Shown here: in pieces, positions 20,202 to 30,229 of the stretch
Layout: the number at the start of each line of letters is the position of its first letter
How positions within the stretch are numbered: position 1 is the first letter of the stretch
Source of the DNA: Anaerotignum faecicola
GTDB lineage: Bacteria; Bacillota; Clostridia; Lachnospirales; Anaerotignaceae
Length of the DNA stretch: 64,000 nt
Assembly (NCBI GenBank): GCA_024460105.1
Contig: JANFXS010000001.1
Location: 151,895-215,894, forward strand
Direction: 5' to 3'
Notes under the pieces: generated by a model
Seen by the model: only the letters and a program-made list of their open reading frames with translations
Database searches by the model: none
What the model was told of the DNA's origin: nothing
Translations under genes and position numbers: made by a program

Positions 20202-21746
20202 CTATCCTTCAAAGTTTATTGTCGCCGTTTTTTCCGGCCCGTCAAGCGTTATATCCATTTTAACATCGTCGTATCCTTCAAGTTCTCCCTTTATTTTATA
20301 CTTTCCGTAAGGCAGTTTAACCATAACCGGGGAAACTCCTATATATTCGCCGTCAATATATATGTCTGCCCACCCTGGCTCCGAATATATTGTAATGCTT
20401 CCCTCGTTTTTCTTTTCTTCGGCAGGCTGTTGAACGGGTTTTTGTTCTTCTATTTCCTTAAGTTCCACATCAAAACTTACAGGTTCTTCCGAAACTGTCG
20501 CGTCAGCCGTCCATTTTTCATACCCCGCCTTTGAAACTTCTATTTTCACTTCACCGTAAGGCACTTGCAATATTGCGCTGTTTCCGTCATATTTTTCACC
20601 GTTAACCAAAACGGTATATCCCTTAACATTTACATTAAGGTCGATAATTCCTTTTTCATCCTCTTTTTCTTTAACTTCCGAAAGATCTATATTTATCCTT
20701 TCCTTCTCCGTTACGTTTATATTTACTATATAATCGTCTATATTATCCCCTGTAAGCGTTACTATATGCTGACCGCTTGAAACTTCTATAAGGCCGGTTT
20801 TTTCATCTTGAATAGTTTCACTGCCGTCTATATCTATTTTAAGATTTTCCACCTTTTCTCCGTTTTCAATAACGACATAACCGTGGCCGCTTTCAACAAC
20901 AGCGCTGAAAACCATTTCCCCCATGCCCTTTATAGTCACCGTATCGGTTTCGGCAATGTCCCCGGGGAATATCTCTTTGCCGTCATATGAAAAAAATGTG
21001 TCGCCGCCATAAAGATATTCTTCATTGTTATATATTATCTTGTTCTTTGTTATATCGACAACGGCCCCCGTAACGCTGTCTTTGCTCCAAACGTCCGAGG
21101 GTATTTTAACGGAAGAAGCAATTCCGGTATCCCCATTCTCCGTTACGACAACGACATCGCCTTGATTTAAATCAAAATAGCTGATTTTAACATTATTTTC
21201 GTCTTTAAGATCCGTACTTCCATCAACGATTACATTCATATTATCTTTGTCGTTTAAATTATAAAGGCTGAGCGTCCTGTCCTTTCCAACTTCTTTAACA
21301 ACGGCATATACCGAACTTGAATTTTCATCTTTTTCCAGCACGTCGGAAATGTTATTATTATTTTCGGTCGCCCGGTTCGGTTCCGTTCCGGCGGTATTTC
21401 CGTTATAGCCGCCCATGCTTGAAATAAAAACAACGGCAAAAATCAAAACAAAAACAATCATGCCGCCTATTATGCTCAATTTGATAATGCCGCTTGAAAA
21501 AATCCCGCCGCCGTTGCCTCCTTTGTTGTTTTTTCTTTCCGGCATATCGTTTCCACATCCCTTCTTTGGCTTCAGAGGCTCTCCAAACTGCAATGTATCC
21601 TCAAAATCAGTATTAGAAGTTTTTCTTATTTCATTGTTTATATTGTCAATCCTAACTGTTTCGCCAAAATTTTTGCTCTCGTCTTCAAAATTGTAATTTC
21701 CCATAAAAACCACCTTTACAATTTTATGATATCCTTCCGACGCCAA
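20202..21746 (-). CDS. Membrane-anchored protein with C-terminal PEGA-like beta-sandwich repeats
   Basis: 514 aa. Cytoplasmic N-terminus, one TM helix, then repeated PEGA-like segments. Function unknown. Confidence 0.5.
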   Translation of the reverse strand: MASEGYHKIVKVVFMGNYNFEDESKNFGETVRIDNINNEIRKTSNTDFEDTLQFGEPLKPKKGCGNDMPERKNNKGGNGGGIFSSGIIKLSIIGGMIVFVLIFAVVFISSMGGYNGNTAGTEPNRATENNNNISDVLEKDENSSSVYAVVKEVGKDRTLSLYNLNDKDNMNVIVDGSTDLKDENNVKISYFDLNQGDVVVVTENGDTGIASSVKIPSDVWSKDSVTGAVVDITKNKIIYNNEEYLYGGDTFFSYDGKEIFPGDIAETDTVTIKGMGEMVFSAVVESGHGYVVIENGEKVENLKIDIDGSETIQDEKTGLIEVSSGQHIVTLTGDNIDDYIVNINVTEKERINIDLSEVKEKEDEKGIIDLNVNVKGYTVLVNGEKYDGNSAILQVPYGEVKIEVSKAGYEKWTADATVSEEPVSFDVELKEIEEQKPVQQPAEEKKNEGSITIYSEPGWADIYIDGEYIGVSPVMVKLPYGKYKIKGELEGYDDVKMDITLDGPEKTATINFEG

Positions 21747-21986
21747 TGGCCTTGCGGCGTATATCAGGGTTAAAAAAACATATGTATATTTATTGTAATA
21801 TTTTATAACAAATATATCAAGAAAAATTAACGCCTTAAATTCTTAAAGCTTTCTAAAATATGATTACGCCAAAAAAATATTCCCAATTTCGCAAAGCGTT
21901 GGCACAGGTTTTGTTTTATTAAAAAAGCCGCGGCTTTCAAACAGAAAACCGCGGACGCGATATTTTAACATTAAACGCCGCATCAA

Positions 21987-23264
21987 TCACTTCTTTGGTA
22001 TCATAAGCTTTTGGCCGCTGAAAATATAGTCGCTGTCAGTAATCCCATTAGCCTCCATAATATCGTCAACGCCTTCGTCATTGCCGTAAAATTCCCGGCT
22101 TATATACCAAAGGTTATCTCCGTCCTCAACATAGTATACATAATATTCCTCGCCGTTTTCCACAACGGTTGTCCCTGTGTTCTCAGGCGAATTTTTAACA
22201 AAAATTCTTTCTTTGTCATCTTCAAGAGCGCTTTCGTTATCTTCCGGTGTTTCCTCGCCGTTATTTTTCCCCTGTTCTTTCTCTTCTTCTTTCCGTTGTA
22301 CGGCAAATACCTGGGCCGTTGCATTCGTAACAAGCCGGTTCATATCGTCATATGTAGACTTCACGTTTACAAGTTCGGCCTCAAGCCTGCGTATGCTGAC
22401 TCTGTTGGCCATCAGGCCGGAAAATATAACAAAGCAGACAATACACAGCGCTCCGCATGAGGCCATGAACGCTGCCTGTCTGTTTTTTGTTTCCTTCTGC
22501 CTGATTTCCTCTTTTTGCTTCAATATCTCCCTTATGCGCACAGCGGCGTCGGGCCTGTCGCTTTCATTTGCAAGTTTAAAAGCTTTTGCGCGGGCGCGTC
22601 CCGTAACTTCAAGAAGCCGCTGCACTGCCGTTTTTCCCGAACCGCCGAAATTGAATTTCCGTTCCTTAACTTCTTCCTTAGGCTTAATAACATTGCTCTC
22701 AATTATATAAGTCTGCATATCTTCATTTTTTTCGTAATAAATAAAATAGCCGCGCGACTGCCGCATGGAAACCGCGCCCTTATCATAGCAGTAAAATGCG
22801 TCCGAACGCTCTATAGGATCGATTACGAAAAGCACCTGCCACGGCTCCTCAAAGCACCTTCTGTGAAACGTTAAATCCCTCGACATAAGATTTGTGCCAA
22901 AATCCGGCTGTACATGTACCCAGCCAACTACCGTCAGGCCCTTAAAATACTTTTCCTTCTGAGATATAATGTAATTCCAGCTGGCTTCTGTAAAACATAA
23001 ATCGTCGTCATTATATTCCGTTGCCACACCCTCGACCGCACCGCTTATCATTACCACGTTTGTTCCCTCGATTTGAAGGTATTTTCCGATTAAAACGGCA
23101 AGTTTCTCGCCTCCGCCGACTTTTGCAAATTGGTATAAATATGTATACACGTAATCCTCAACATATATCTTTATTTCTTTATCTATGTTTCCCATTTGTT
23201 TTATATTTGCAGGAAATTTGAATTCCTTTAACTCACCTTCAGCCGGCAAAACATTTCCCATCAC
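21987..23264 (-). CDS. Membrane protein with coiled coil and a C-terminal LysM domain
   Basis: 425 aa. Central TM helix. The C-terminal YYVYYVEDGDNLWYISREFYG...GQKLMIPK is a LysM peptidoglycan-binding motif. Confidence 0.5.
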   Translation of the reverse strand: MMGNVLPAEGELKEFKFPANIKQMGNIDKEIKIYVEDYVYTYLYQFAKVGGGEKLAVLIGKYLQIEGTNVVMISGAVEGVATEYNDDDLCFTEASWNYIISQKEKYFKGLTVVGWVHVQPDFGTNLMSRDLTFHRRCFEEPWQVLFVIDPIERSDAFYCYDKGAVSMRQSRGYFIYYEKNEDMQTYIIESNVIKPKEEVKERKFNFGGSGKTAVQRLLEVTGRARAKAFKLANESDRPDAAVRIREILKQKEEIRQKETKNRQAAFMASCGALCIVCFVIFSGLMANRVSIRRLEAELVNVKSTYDDMNRLVTNATAQVFAVQRKEEEKEQGKNNGEETPEDNESALEDDKERIFVKNSPENTGTTVVENGEEYYVYYVEDGDNLWYISREFYGNDEGVDDIMEANGITDSDYIFSGQKLMIPKK

Positions 23265-23607
23265 AAAGCCTCCTCCTTATTACTGGTGTATGAAGAATAT
23301 ACCACTTTTAGCATGGAAATTTTTGTAAAAACATGAATGATGAGAATTGTTTTTAGCGTCAAATTAAGGCGAACAAGCCCATAAATCCATTAGTTCCAAT
23401 ATATTTTTGCCAAAATTTATAAAAACGCCTTGAAAAACTCTTTTTATGACAGCAAAAACCACATTCCGAAAACATAAGTATATTATCAGGCCGTTGACAA
23501 CAGAAAAAACCGGATTTTCAAAGGTATTCATATCCTTCATAAAATCCGGTTTCATAAGTATGTTTTTGCAGCGCCCGTTTTATAAAAATGCGTTAAAAAC
23601 TATCTAT

Positions 23608-24588
23608 TTATTTGTTTAAAAATTCCCTGAGATTTTTCTCATACACTTCAAGATCTACGTCCTCAGGAACAAGGTTTCCTATTTCGCATACTCCAACAGG
23701 CTTAACGTCAGCCTCGTATTCGGCAGTATCGGCCGGAGTTTTGCGGAGTTTTTCATATATAGGCGCCTTTGTAACGTCGTCTGCAAAAGGCATAGGGAAA
23801 TTATAGTCCCTTAAATGCTGTACGTAGTGATCCAAAAACATAGTCCCGTACTGCCTGCTTCTTTCAACAAGGTCAAGATCAAGCGTAACTGTCGCAATAG
23901 TAGGCTCCTGCCCAGCTTCCCAAAGGAGATTGCCCTCCGGGCTTACCACGAGAGAATTTCCGTAAAGATGCACATTATTGAAAAATCCAACGCCGTTTGT
24001 CGAAACAAGATAAGCCTGGTTTTCAAGCGCGCGCGTAAAATGCACCGGCTTATTAAGAAGATAAAGTTCCTGAGGATCCATAGTAAGTTTAACAAGAACT
24101 TCGGCGCCCATTAAAGTTTCGTTCCTGGAAATTTCAGGGAAGTTAAGGTCATAACATATCTGCACGCCTATTTTTGTATTCTTCTCCGGAATATCAAAAA
24201 CAACATATTTGTTTCCCGGCACGGTAATGTCTTCCGACGGCCTCCATGGAGCCATTTTCCTGTATGTGTCTATAAGCTCGCCTTTAGGATTAAAAATAGG
24301 GGCCGTATTATAGAACTTGCCCTCCGGAAGTTCGTCATGTTTTTCAAACATTGTGCCCGGAATAAAATATATGCCGTATTTTTTTGCAAGGGAACCGAAA
24401 TATTCCGTCATAGGCCCTGGTATATATTCAGGCGTGAAACACTCCATACATTCGACGCCCAAAACAAGTTCGGGCTTATGATAACCGGACATTAAAGCAG
24501 CTAGCTTTTCCTCAATAAACCTCAAATTTTCAACAGTATCCTTACTTACAGGCATCTGAATAATGCCGACATTTAAAAACCTTCCCAA
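23608..24588 (-). CDS. Carbon-nitrogen hydrolase family protein (nitrilase/amidase-like)
   Basis: 326 aa with a CN-hydrolase fold (catalytic E, K, C context ...QICYDLNFPE...). Downstream of and co-oriented with the MFS transporter. Confidence 0.75.
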   Translation of the reverse strand: MGRFLNVGIIQMPVSKDTVENLRFIEEKLAALMSGYHKPELVLGVECMECFTPEYIPGPMTEYFGSLAKKYGIYFIPGTMFEKHDELPEGKFYNTAPIFNPKGELIDTYRKMAPWRPSEDITVPGNKYVVFDIPEKNTKIGVQICYDLNFPEISRNETLMGAEVLVKLTMDPQELYLLNKPVHFTRALENQAYLVSTNGVGFFNNVHLYGNSLVVSPEGNLLWEAGQEPTIATVTLDLDLVERSRQYGTMFLDHYVQHLRDYNFPMPFADDVTKAPIYEKLRKTPADTAEYEADVKPVGVCEIGNLVPEDVDLEVYEKNLREFLNK

Positions 24589-24611
24589 TTAAAACATCTC
24601 CCTTCGATAAA

Positions 24612-25841
24612 TTAAGCGTTCTCTTTTTTAAGTTTATTTATAATTAATATACAGCATATTACACTTACAAAACCTACGGCGCCGCATATGCCCCAGCCTA
24701 TATTCCAAAGCCCTTTAACGCCGAAAATGATGCCTACCACAATAGGAGCGAATGTCATGCCGGCGTCACCGCAGCCTCCAATAAATCCTGTGGCAACCGG
24801 AAGCGTATCGTCGGAAAATACTTCCGGAAGTATAGAATAAAAGCATCCAAGCCCCCAAGAACCGGAAAATGACAAAAGCAGTACACAGAAATAAAATACC
24901 GAAAAATTTTCAAGCGGCAATGTCAGCAATAATATAGTTGAAACAACTATAAGTATGCATCCTATCATTAACACGCTTACCCTGCCTATAGCCTTGCTTT
25001 TGTTCCTTGCCGCCGCAAAATCCGAAGCCTTGCCGGAAACTACGCAGGCGCTTATAATACCGATTGTTACGGCTGTCATAATTTTTCCTATTTCCATCTC
25101 TCCGTAGTTGAGGTATGAACCAAAAAGCGTCATATCCACCGATATGGCCTGTACAAGCCATGTCGTGCTCAAGAAACCGAAAACAAAAAACCATACTAAA
25201 GGCATTTTTAGAAGCTTGCCGTAAGATATCGTTTCTCCTTTCGTATCTTCCGCAACCTCTTTTTTCCCGCTTTTTTCTTTTACTGTTATAATCCAAACGA
25301 CAGAAATAACCGCCTGTAAAATACCAAGAGCATAGAATGATGAAACCCAGCCCCATTTTGTTATAACAAAACCGGCAAAAGTTCCTCCGATACCGCCGCC
25401 GCCATAAAATATGCCGTTAAATACAGCCGTAGCAAGGCCAGTTTCGCTTTCGCTTACCCAATCCATTATTATAAGAAGGAACACAGGAAATACAAGCGAA
25501 GCAAAACCCTGTATAAATTTTAATATGTACTGTATCATTATACTGTCAACATGAGGCAATATAAAAAGCGGTATTATTGCAACTGTCATCGAAAAAGCGA
25601 ATACCTTTTTCGCACCGAACTTTTTATATGCAACCCCCGACAGCATCATTGAAAGCACAACGCTTATTGTTTTAATTGTGTCCCCTGCAAGCAGGGCTTC
25701 CTGCGTAACCCCCATTTTCTCCGCCATATACGGCACGCTCATGGAGAACTGCGGAAAACCAGCTGACAGTACACACCCTACCAAAGCATTTATAAAAACA
25801 ATATACCAACCATAAAGCCTATTTCCCTTTACTTTTTCCAT
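24612..25841 (-). CDS. MFS transporter
   Basis: 409 aa, about 12 predicted TM helices. First gene downstream of a sigma-54 promoter. Confidence 0.8.
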   Translation of the reverse strand: MEKVKGNRLYGWYIVFINALVGCVLSAGFPQFSMSVPYMAEKMGVTQEALLAGDTIKTISVVLSMMLSGVAYKKFGAKKVFAFSMTVAIIPLFILPHVDSIMIQYILKFIQGFASLVFPVFLLIIMDWVSESETGLATAVFNGIFYGGGGIGGTFAGFVITKWGWVSSFYALGILQAVISVVWIITVKEKSGKKEVAEDTKGETISYGKLLKMPLVWFFVFGFLSTTWLVQAISVDMTLFGSYLNYGEMEIGKIMTAVTIGIISACVVSGKASDFAAARNKSKAIGRVSVLMIGCILIVVSTILLLTLPLENFSVFYFCVLLLSFSGSWGLGCFYSILPEVFSDDTLPVATGFIGGCGDAGMTFAPIVVGIIFGVKGLWNIGWGICGAVGFVSVICCILIINKLKKENA

Positions 25842-26134
25842 AATAATCCCCCGTTAAAAATTAAGTTAAAATTAAAACACTACGTCAAGCCTTCTTTGCC
25901 AAACCTCCTTTTTCCATTTGGAGTCGCACCATTAAGTAATTTGAACTTTTTATTTGTAAGCGGTCATTCTATAATTCATACAAATACATACGGCGCAAAT
26001 ATTCCTATTGCTGCCGAATGTATTCCGTTATAAAACTATACCTGATCATGACGCCATATAATGATACTGACGCCGCGCGCTTTAACGTCAGCATTTAACA
26101 CCGTACATCTTTCAGGCTATTTGGTTATATATTA

Positions 26135-26152
26135 AGCAAACCGTGTGCCAAA
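26135..26152 (-). promoter_or_regulatory. Sigma-54 (-24/-12) promoter
   Basis: Minus strand reads TGGCAC-ACGGT-TTGCT, an exact GG-N10-GC match to the consensus TGGCACG-N4-TTGCW. It is oriented toward the MFS/CN-hydrolase genes and next to the sigma-54 activator gene. Confidence 0.6.
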
Positions 26153-26319
26153 GTTAGTCAAAATACCACTTATATAAATCATTGTATCAATATAAACAAA
26201 TTATTTACTGTAAAATCGCATTTTAAGCCTCATAATATATACAATTTTACTAATCACTTAAAACATTTAAACTTCAAAAAAATATCCGAACAATTTTTAT
26301 GCGGCAGAAATTACATTTT

Positions 26320-26366
26320 AAAAAAAGTGTGCGTTCAATAATATGAACACACACTTTTTTTAGACT
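26320..26366 (-). terminator. Bidirectional rho-independent terminator downstream of the sigma-54 activator gene
   Basis: AAAAAAGTGTGCGTTCA-ataatat-TGAACACACACTTTTTTT forms a 13-bp stem flanked by an A-run and a T-run. Confidence 0.6.
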
Positions 26367-26448
26367 AATAAAATACCGTATAATAGCCGTATTCCTTTTA
26401 AACAGCAAATGTCAAAATCTTGAACATAGTTCATTTTTTTGAACATAT

Positions 26449-27900
26449 TTAAAATTTTTGCTGATTAAGGCCGTATTTCTGCATTTTATAATAAAGCCCC
26501 GTCCTTGAGATTTTAAGTATTGCCGCCGTTTTGTTCCTGCTGCCTCCGGTAATTTCCAGCGCGCGCCGTATGGCTTCCTTTTCCGCTTCGTCCCTGACTT
26601 TTTCAAGAGGGTTTTCTTCATCCGACGCAAGCTCCGGTTTTGAAGAAATTGAGTCCACAATAAAATCCGTAAAGCAGTCCATTGTCAAAACGTCGCCGTT
26701 ACATGCGTTTACCGCCCTTTCGAGTATATTATTAAGCTCGCGCACGTTGCCCGGCCAGTCATACCGCATAAGCATATTCATAACTTCCGGTTCAATGGAT
26801 TTTACTTTTTTCCCTGTTATTTTATTGAGGTTTTTAAGCTTATTATTTGCAAGAAGAGGTATATCCGAAAGCCTTTCGCTTAACGACGGAACCTTGATTT
26901 CAACCACGTTCAGCCTGTAATATAAATCTTCCCTGAACTTTCCCTGTTCGACAAGCTCCTTTAAATTTTTGTTGGTTGCGGCAATAACCCTTATATTAAC
27001 CGGTATGGTTTTCCCGCCGCCGATACGGGTTATTTCCTTCTCCTGAAGCGCCCTCAAAAGCTTCGGCTGTACATGCCATGGAAGCTGATCAATCTCGTCA
27101 AGGAAAAGAGTGCCTTTATCCGCAAGCTCAAATTTGCCTATTTTTCCACCTTTTTTCGCCCCTGTAAAAGCCCCTTCCTCATATCCGAAAAGTTCGCTTT
27201 CAAATAAATTGTCCGGTATAGCCGCACAATTTATTTCGACAATATGCTGCATGCGCCGCCTGCTTACATTATGTATGGAATGGGCCACAAGTTCTTTGCC
27301 GCATCCTGTCTGTCCTATTATCATAACCGTCGATTCAGATTCGGCCATAGCGTGGATTTGCTTTCTAAGCTCCTTTATCTGCATACTGTCGCCTATTATA
27401 TCGGAAACACAGTATTTAACACTGTCAAGCTTTTTCATAACGCCGTAAATTGTGTTTATCGTTTCCGTTAAATTTAAAAATCCTTTAAGCGAATAATCGA
27501 CGATTTGATCCATAAAAGCTTTCAGATCATAATCGTCGCTGAAAATATCATAATCTATCGCCCCTTTAAGTTTTTTATCCGAATATATCGGTTTAATACG
27601 CGCTATATTCGTAACGCCAAGGCTGAAATAAAAACAATTTCTTATTTCCTCCCCGCTTTTTAAAACGCTGCATATTTTGCTTAAAGGGTGAACTTCCTCT
27701 ATGTGCCGCCCTGAAACGTCGTTCGGAACCGGCCTGCCTTCTATCGCATGTATTATCTTAAAAAGATTAGGCGAAAGGTACTTAATGTACCCGCCGCTGT
27801 CAACCACAACAAGATTGTCTATTGTGTCAAGTATTTCATTACACTCTTCAAGCGTTAAATCAAAATTGTCATACTTTTTATCCCTGTCCATAACCGCCAT
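26449..27900 (-). CDS. Sigma-54-dependent transcriptional activator (bEBP) with a PAS-like sensor domain and a C-terminal Fis-type HTH
   Basis: 483 aa. AAA+ sigma-54 interaction domain (GQTGCGKE Walker A, GAFTGA loop, ESELFGY) and a C-terminal HTH. Confidence 0.85.
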   Translation of the reverse strand: MAVMDRDKKYDNFDLTLEECNEILDTIDNLVVVDSGGYIKYLSPNLFKIIHAIEGRPVPNDVSGRHIEEVHPLSKICSVLKSGEEIRNCFYFSLGVTNIARIKPIYSDKKLKGAIDYDIFSDDYDLKAFMDQIVDYSLKGFLNLTETINTIYGVMKKLDSVKYCVSDIIGDSMQIKELRKQIHAMAESESTVMIIGQTGCGKELVAHSIHNVSRRRMQHIVEINCAAIPDNLFESELFGYEEGAFTGAKKGGKIGKFELADKGTLFLDEIDQLPWHVQPKLLRALQEKEITRIGGGKTIPVNIRVIAATNKNLKELVEQGKFREDLYYRLNVVEIKVPSLSERLSDIPLLANNKLKNLNKITGKKVKSIEPEVMNMLMRYDWPGNVRELNNILERAVNACNGDVLTMDCFTDFIVDSISSKPELASDEENPLEKVRDEAEKEAIRRALEITGGSRNKTAAILKISRTGLYYKMQKYGLNQQKF

Positions 27901-27960
27901 GCTCCCAATAATAACATGTATCCCAAAATAAACTTAACTCAAACTGCTTTATACTTTCCC

Positions 27961-28743
27961 CTAACTTCGGATTAATCCCTGCTGTATCAGCCACAAATTC
28001 ATCATAACCTTTTGCGGAAGTATTTTAGCGGCCAAATGGCATGCCTTCACATACGGGCCGTATACAGACATATCGCGGCCCTTCAACGCGTCTTTCACAG
28101 CTTTTTCAGCAACTTTATCGGGAGAAACCATACCCATAAAATTATTTGCGGCCATAACCGCCCCTATCTCCGCACGCTTATAAAGCCCCGTATCCATCCA
28201 ACCCGGGCATACGGCGGTAACCGTAATCCCTCTATCCTCAAGCTCTACGTTTAACGCACGCGAATAGCTGCGGACAAACGCCTTTGTGGAGCTATAGATA
28301 TTCTGGTACGGAAGCGGCTGAAACGAAGCCTGCGACGCAATATTTAAAATATGTCCGCCCCTTCGCATAAACGGTATGCATATAAGCCCCATGGCGACAA
28401 CGCCGCTTACGTTTAAGTTAATCATATTTACGGATTCTTCAAGGCTAAGGTCGCTGTAAGAGCAAAATTTTGCAAATCCGGCGCTGTTAACAAGGTATCT
28501 TATTTCCGGTTTTTTCTTCCTGATTATTTCCCCAAGCTTTTTAACGGAAGAAAAATCCGACAAGTCAACCGAAAAAAGTTTTATATTATTTCCATATTCT
28601 TCTTTTAATTTTATTAAATTATCCTTGTTTCTGGCTATCGCCCAAACCTCGTCCAAGTTCCTGTTTTTTATAAAAATCTTAACAAATTCTTTTCCGAGGC
28701 CGCTGCTTGCGCCTGTTACAACGGCAATTTTTTTCCGCTCCAT
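27961..28743 (-). CDS. SDR-family short-chain dehydrogenase/reductase
   Basis: KIAVVTGASSGLG (TGxxxGxG) and a YxxxK catalytic context. Likely start is MERKK at about 28743, which has a GGGGA RBS, rather than the track start at 28809. Confidence 0.75.
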   Translation of the reverse strand: MERKKIAVVTGASSGLGKEFVKIFIKNRNLDEVWAIARNKDNLIKLKEEYGNNIKLFSVDLSDFSSVKKLGEIIRKKKPEIRYLVNSAGFAKFCSYSDLSLEESVNMINLNVSGVVAMGLICIPFMRRGGHILNIASQASFQPLPYQNIYSSTKAFVRSYSRALNVELEDRGITVTAVCPGWMDTGLYKRAEIGAVMAANNFMGMVSPDKVAEKAVKDALKGRDMSVYGPYVKACHLAAKILPQKVMMNLWLIQQGLIRS

Positions 28744-28985
28744 AACAAATCCCCTTTGTTTATAATATTTTTCAGTATTAATATTATATTTCCGAAAATA
28801 CTCAAACATAATCGTATATATTTTACCACATTATTACATTAATAAACAGATGTTTTTGCTTTGCGCTTTTTTATTAGAATTAAGGTTAAAACTATTCCGT
28901 CGTTCTGCATTTCCATTAAAAATTCCATTTACGTACAATAGGATTATATATCATGTCCCATATATAAAAACATGCGGCTTCGCTT

Positions 28986-29255
28986 TACATGGCGCGCATG
29001 CCCCGCAATGAAAAATTTTCCGCATTTACGTTCTGCATACGCTTGCCGTAGGATCCGCACCGCCGGCGCGTATGCGCCTTGAAGCGCAAAAATTTTTTCC
29101 TTGCGAGGCCGAATAATTTTAACGGACGAGCGGCGTAAGGTCAAGGCAAATACGTACAGGCGTACCGACTCCCACGGCAAGCGGCTTCAGCACGGCTGTT
29201 GTGCCGCTGACGCCCGTTAAAACCGCGTGCGCTCTTGTAAACCGAAACTGAGAGT
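28986..29255. repeat. Copy 1 of a roughly 270 nt GC-rich dispersed intergenic repeat, possibly a structured RNA or a MITE/BOX-like element
   Basis: Shares long identical blocks with 57335-57600: GAAAAATTTTCCGCATTT..., GCATACGCTTGCCG ... CCGGCGCGTATGCG, CGCAAAAATTTTTTC, GAGGCCG, TTTTAA(C/T)GG ... CGCCCGTTAAAACCGC..TGCT.TTGTAAACCGAA. Conserved internal inverted complements surround a divergent core. Confidence 0.7.
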
Positions 29256-29427
29256 CCGTCCGAAAAATTCATCCGCGCCTCTGCTTTAACCATTCTTAAA
29301 AAAATTGTTATGCGAGCTTGCATCCGAACCGCCGTCCTGCCGTATTCGTTCAAAAAGTTCATACCATTGTAAAAATAATCCCGGCTAAAAAACCCACGCC
29401 GGCAAATTCGGCATGGGCTGTATGATA

Positions 29428-30222
29428 TTACACTATACAAGCTTGTTGGAAAGCATTTCTTCCAAAAACTATATCGACGAAAATATTATCAAGTTCTTCA
29501 AACGACTTATAATTTCTCTCCGGCAGGAAATCGGCAAGACCTTTAAGATCAAGAAGCTGGTTTTCTATATATCGGTTTATACTGTCTATTCTTTTTACGC
29601 TGCCGTACTCTTTTGAGTTTCTTTTCAGGCTGAGCAGGTTTAAAACTTCCTCCTTAACGCTCCCGTCTAACTGCGATTCCACAAGTCTTTCAAACTCCAT
29701 GGGAGACGGCGCGCCCTTTTCAGCAATCCATCTGCATGCAAGCAGAGGGCGCAAAACATAGAAATATTTTTTTATTTTAACTTCGCCGCCTTTCAGGTAT
29801 TCCCTGTAATTGCCTTTGGCCATGCTTAAGTAATGCCAATAGCCGGCCCTTGAAGTAAAATACATATTTATGATTTTTTCCACTTTCCGCCATTGCGGGC
29901 TTGAACAGTATACCACAGGAGAATTGGCCCATTCAAATATCGTAGGGTTTGATTTATGAAGCAGTCTTAAAGCCTTTTTCAAATCCCATCCGTTTATATC
30001 AAGCGTTTCATCAAGCTGCCATTCTATTACGTCCTTCGTTTTTTCAAGCTTTAAATAGTATTCAGGTTTGCGCACATATATAAACCTAACGTCATAGTCG
30101 CTGTCGCATGAAGCAAATCCCCATGCGCGGCTGCCCGATTCGGCGGCATAAATTATCTTTACATTTTCCTTTTCCTCTATTTCTTCAAGCTTTTGCCTGA
30201 TTAAATTCCGCACTGCACACAC
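29428..30222 (-). CDS. Pol-beta-superfamily nucleotidyltransferase (COG3541-like)
   Basis: 264 aa. N-terminal GSRAWGFASCDSDYDVRF is a GS...D.D nucleotidyltransferase motif. It lies 8 nt downstream of rtcB on the same strand. Confidence 0.6.
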   Translation of the reverse strand: MCAVRNLIRQKLEEIEEKENVKIIYAAESGSRAWGFASCDSDYDVRFIYVRKPEYYLKLEKTKDVIEWQLDETLDINGWDLKKALRLLHKSNPTIFEWANSPVVYCSSPQWRKVEKIINMYFTSRAGYWHYLSMAKGNYREYLKGGEVKIKKYFYVLRPLLACRWIAEKGAPSPMEFERLVESQLDGSVKEEVLNLLSLKRNSKEYGSVKRIDSINRYIENQLLDLKGLADFLPERNYKSFEELDNIFVDIVFGRNAFQQACIV

Positions 30223-30229
30223 TCCTTCC

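Noticed and set aside
28944-29440. Short ORFs 28944-29180(-) and 29141-29440(-), and likewise 57332-57601(-), whose translations resemble each other
   Set aside because: They overlap the two copies of the GC-rich repeat. The amino-acid similarity tracks block-wise nucleotide identity, with differences in whole segments rather than at third positions. There are no RBSs or sensible starts. I treat them as artefacts of a non-coding repeat.
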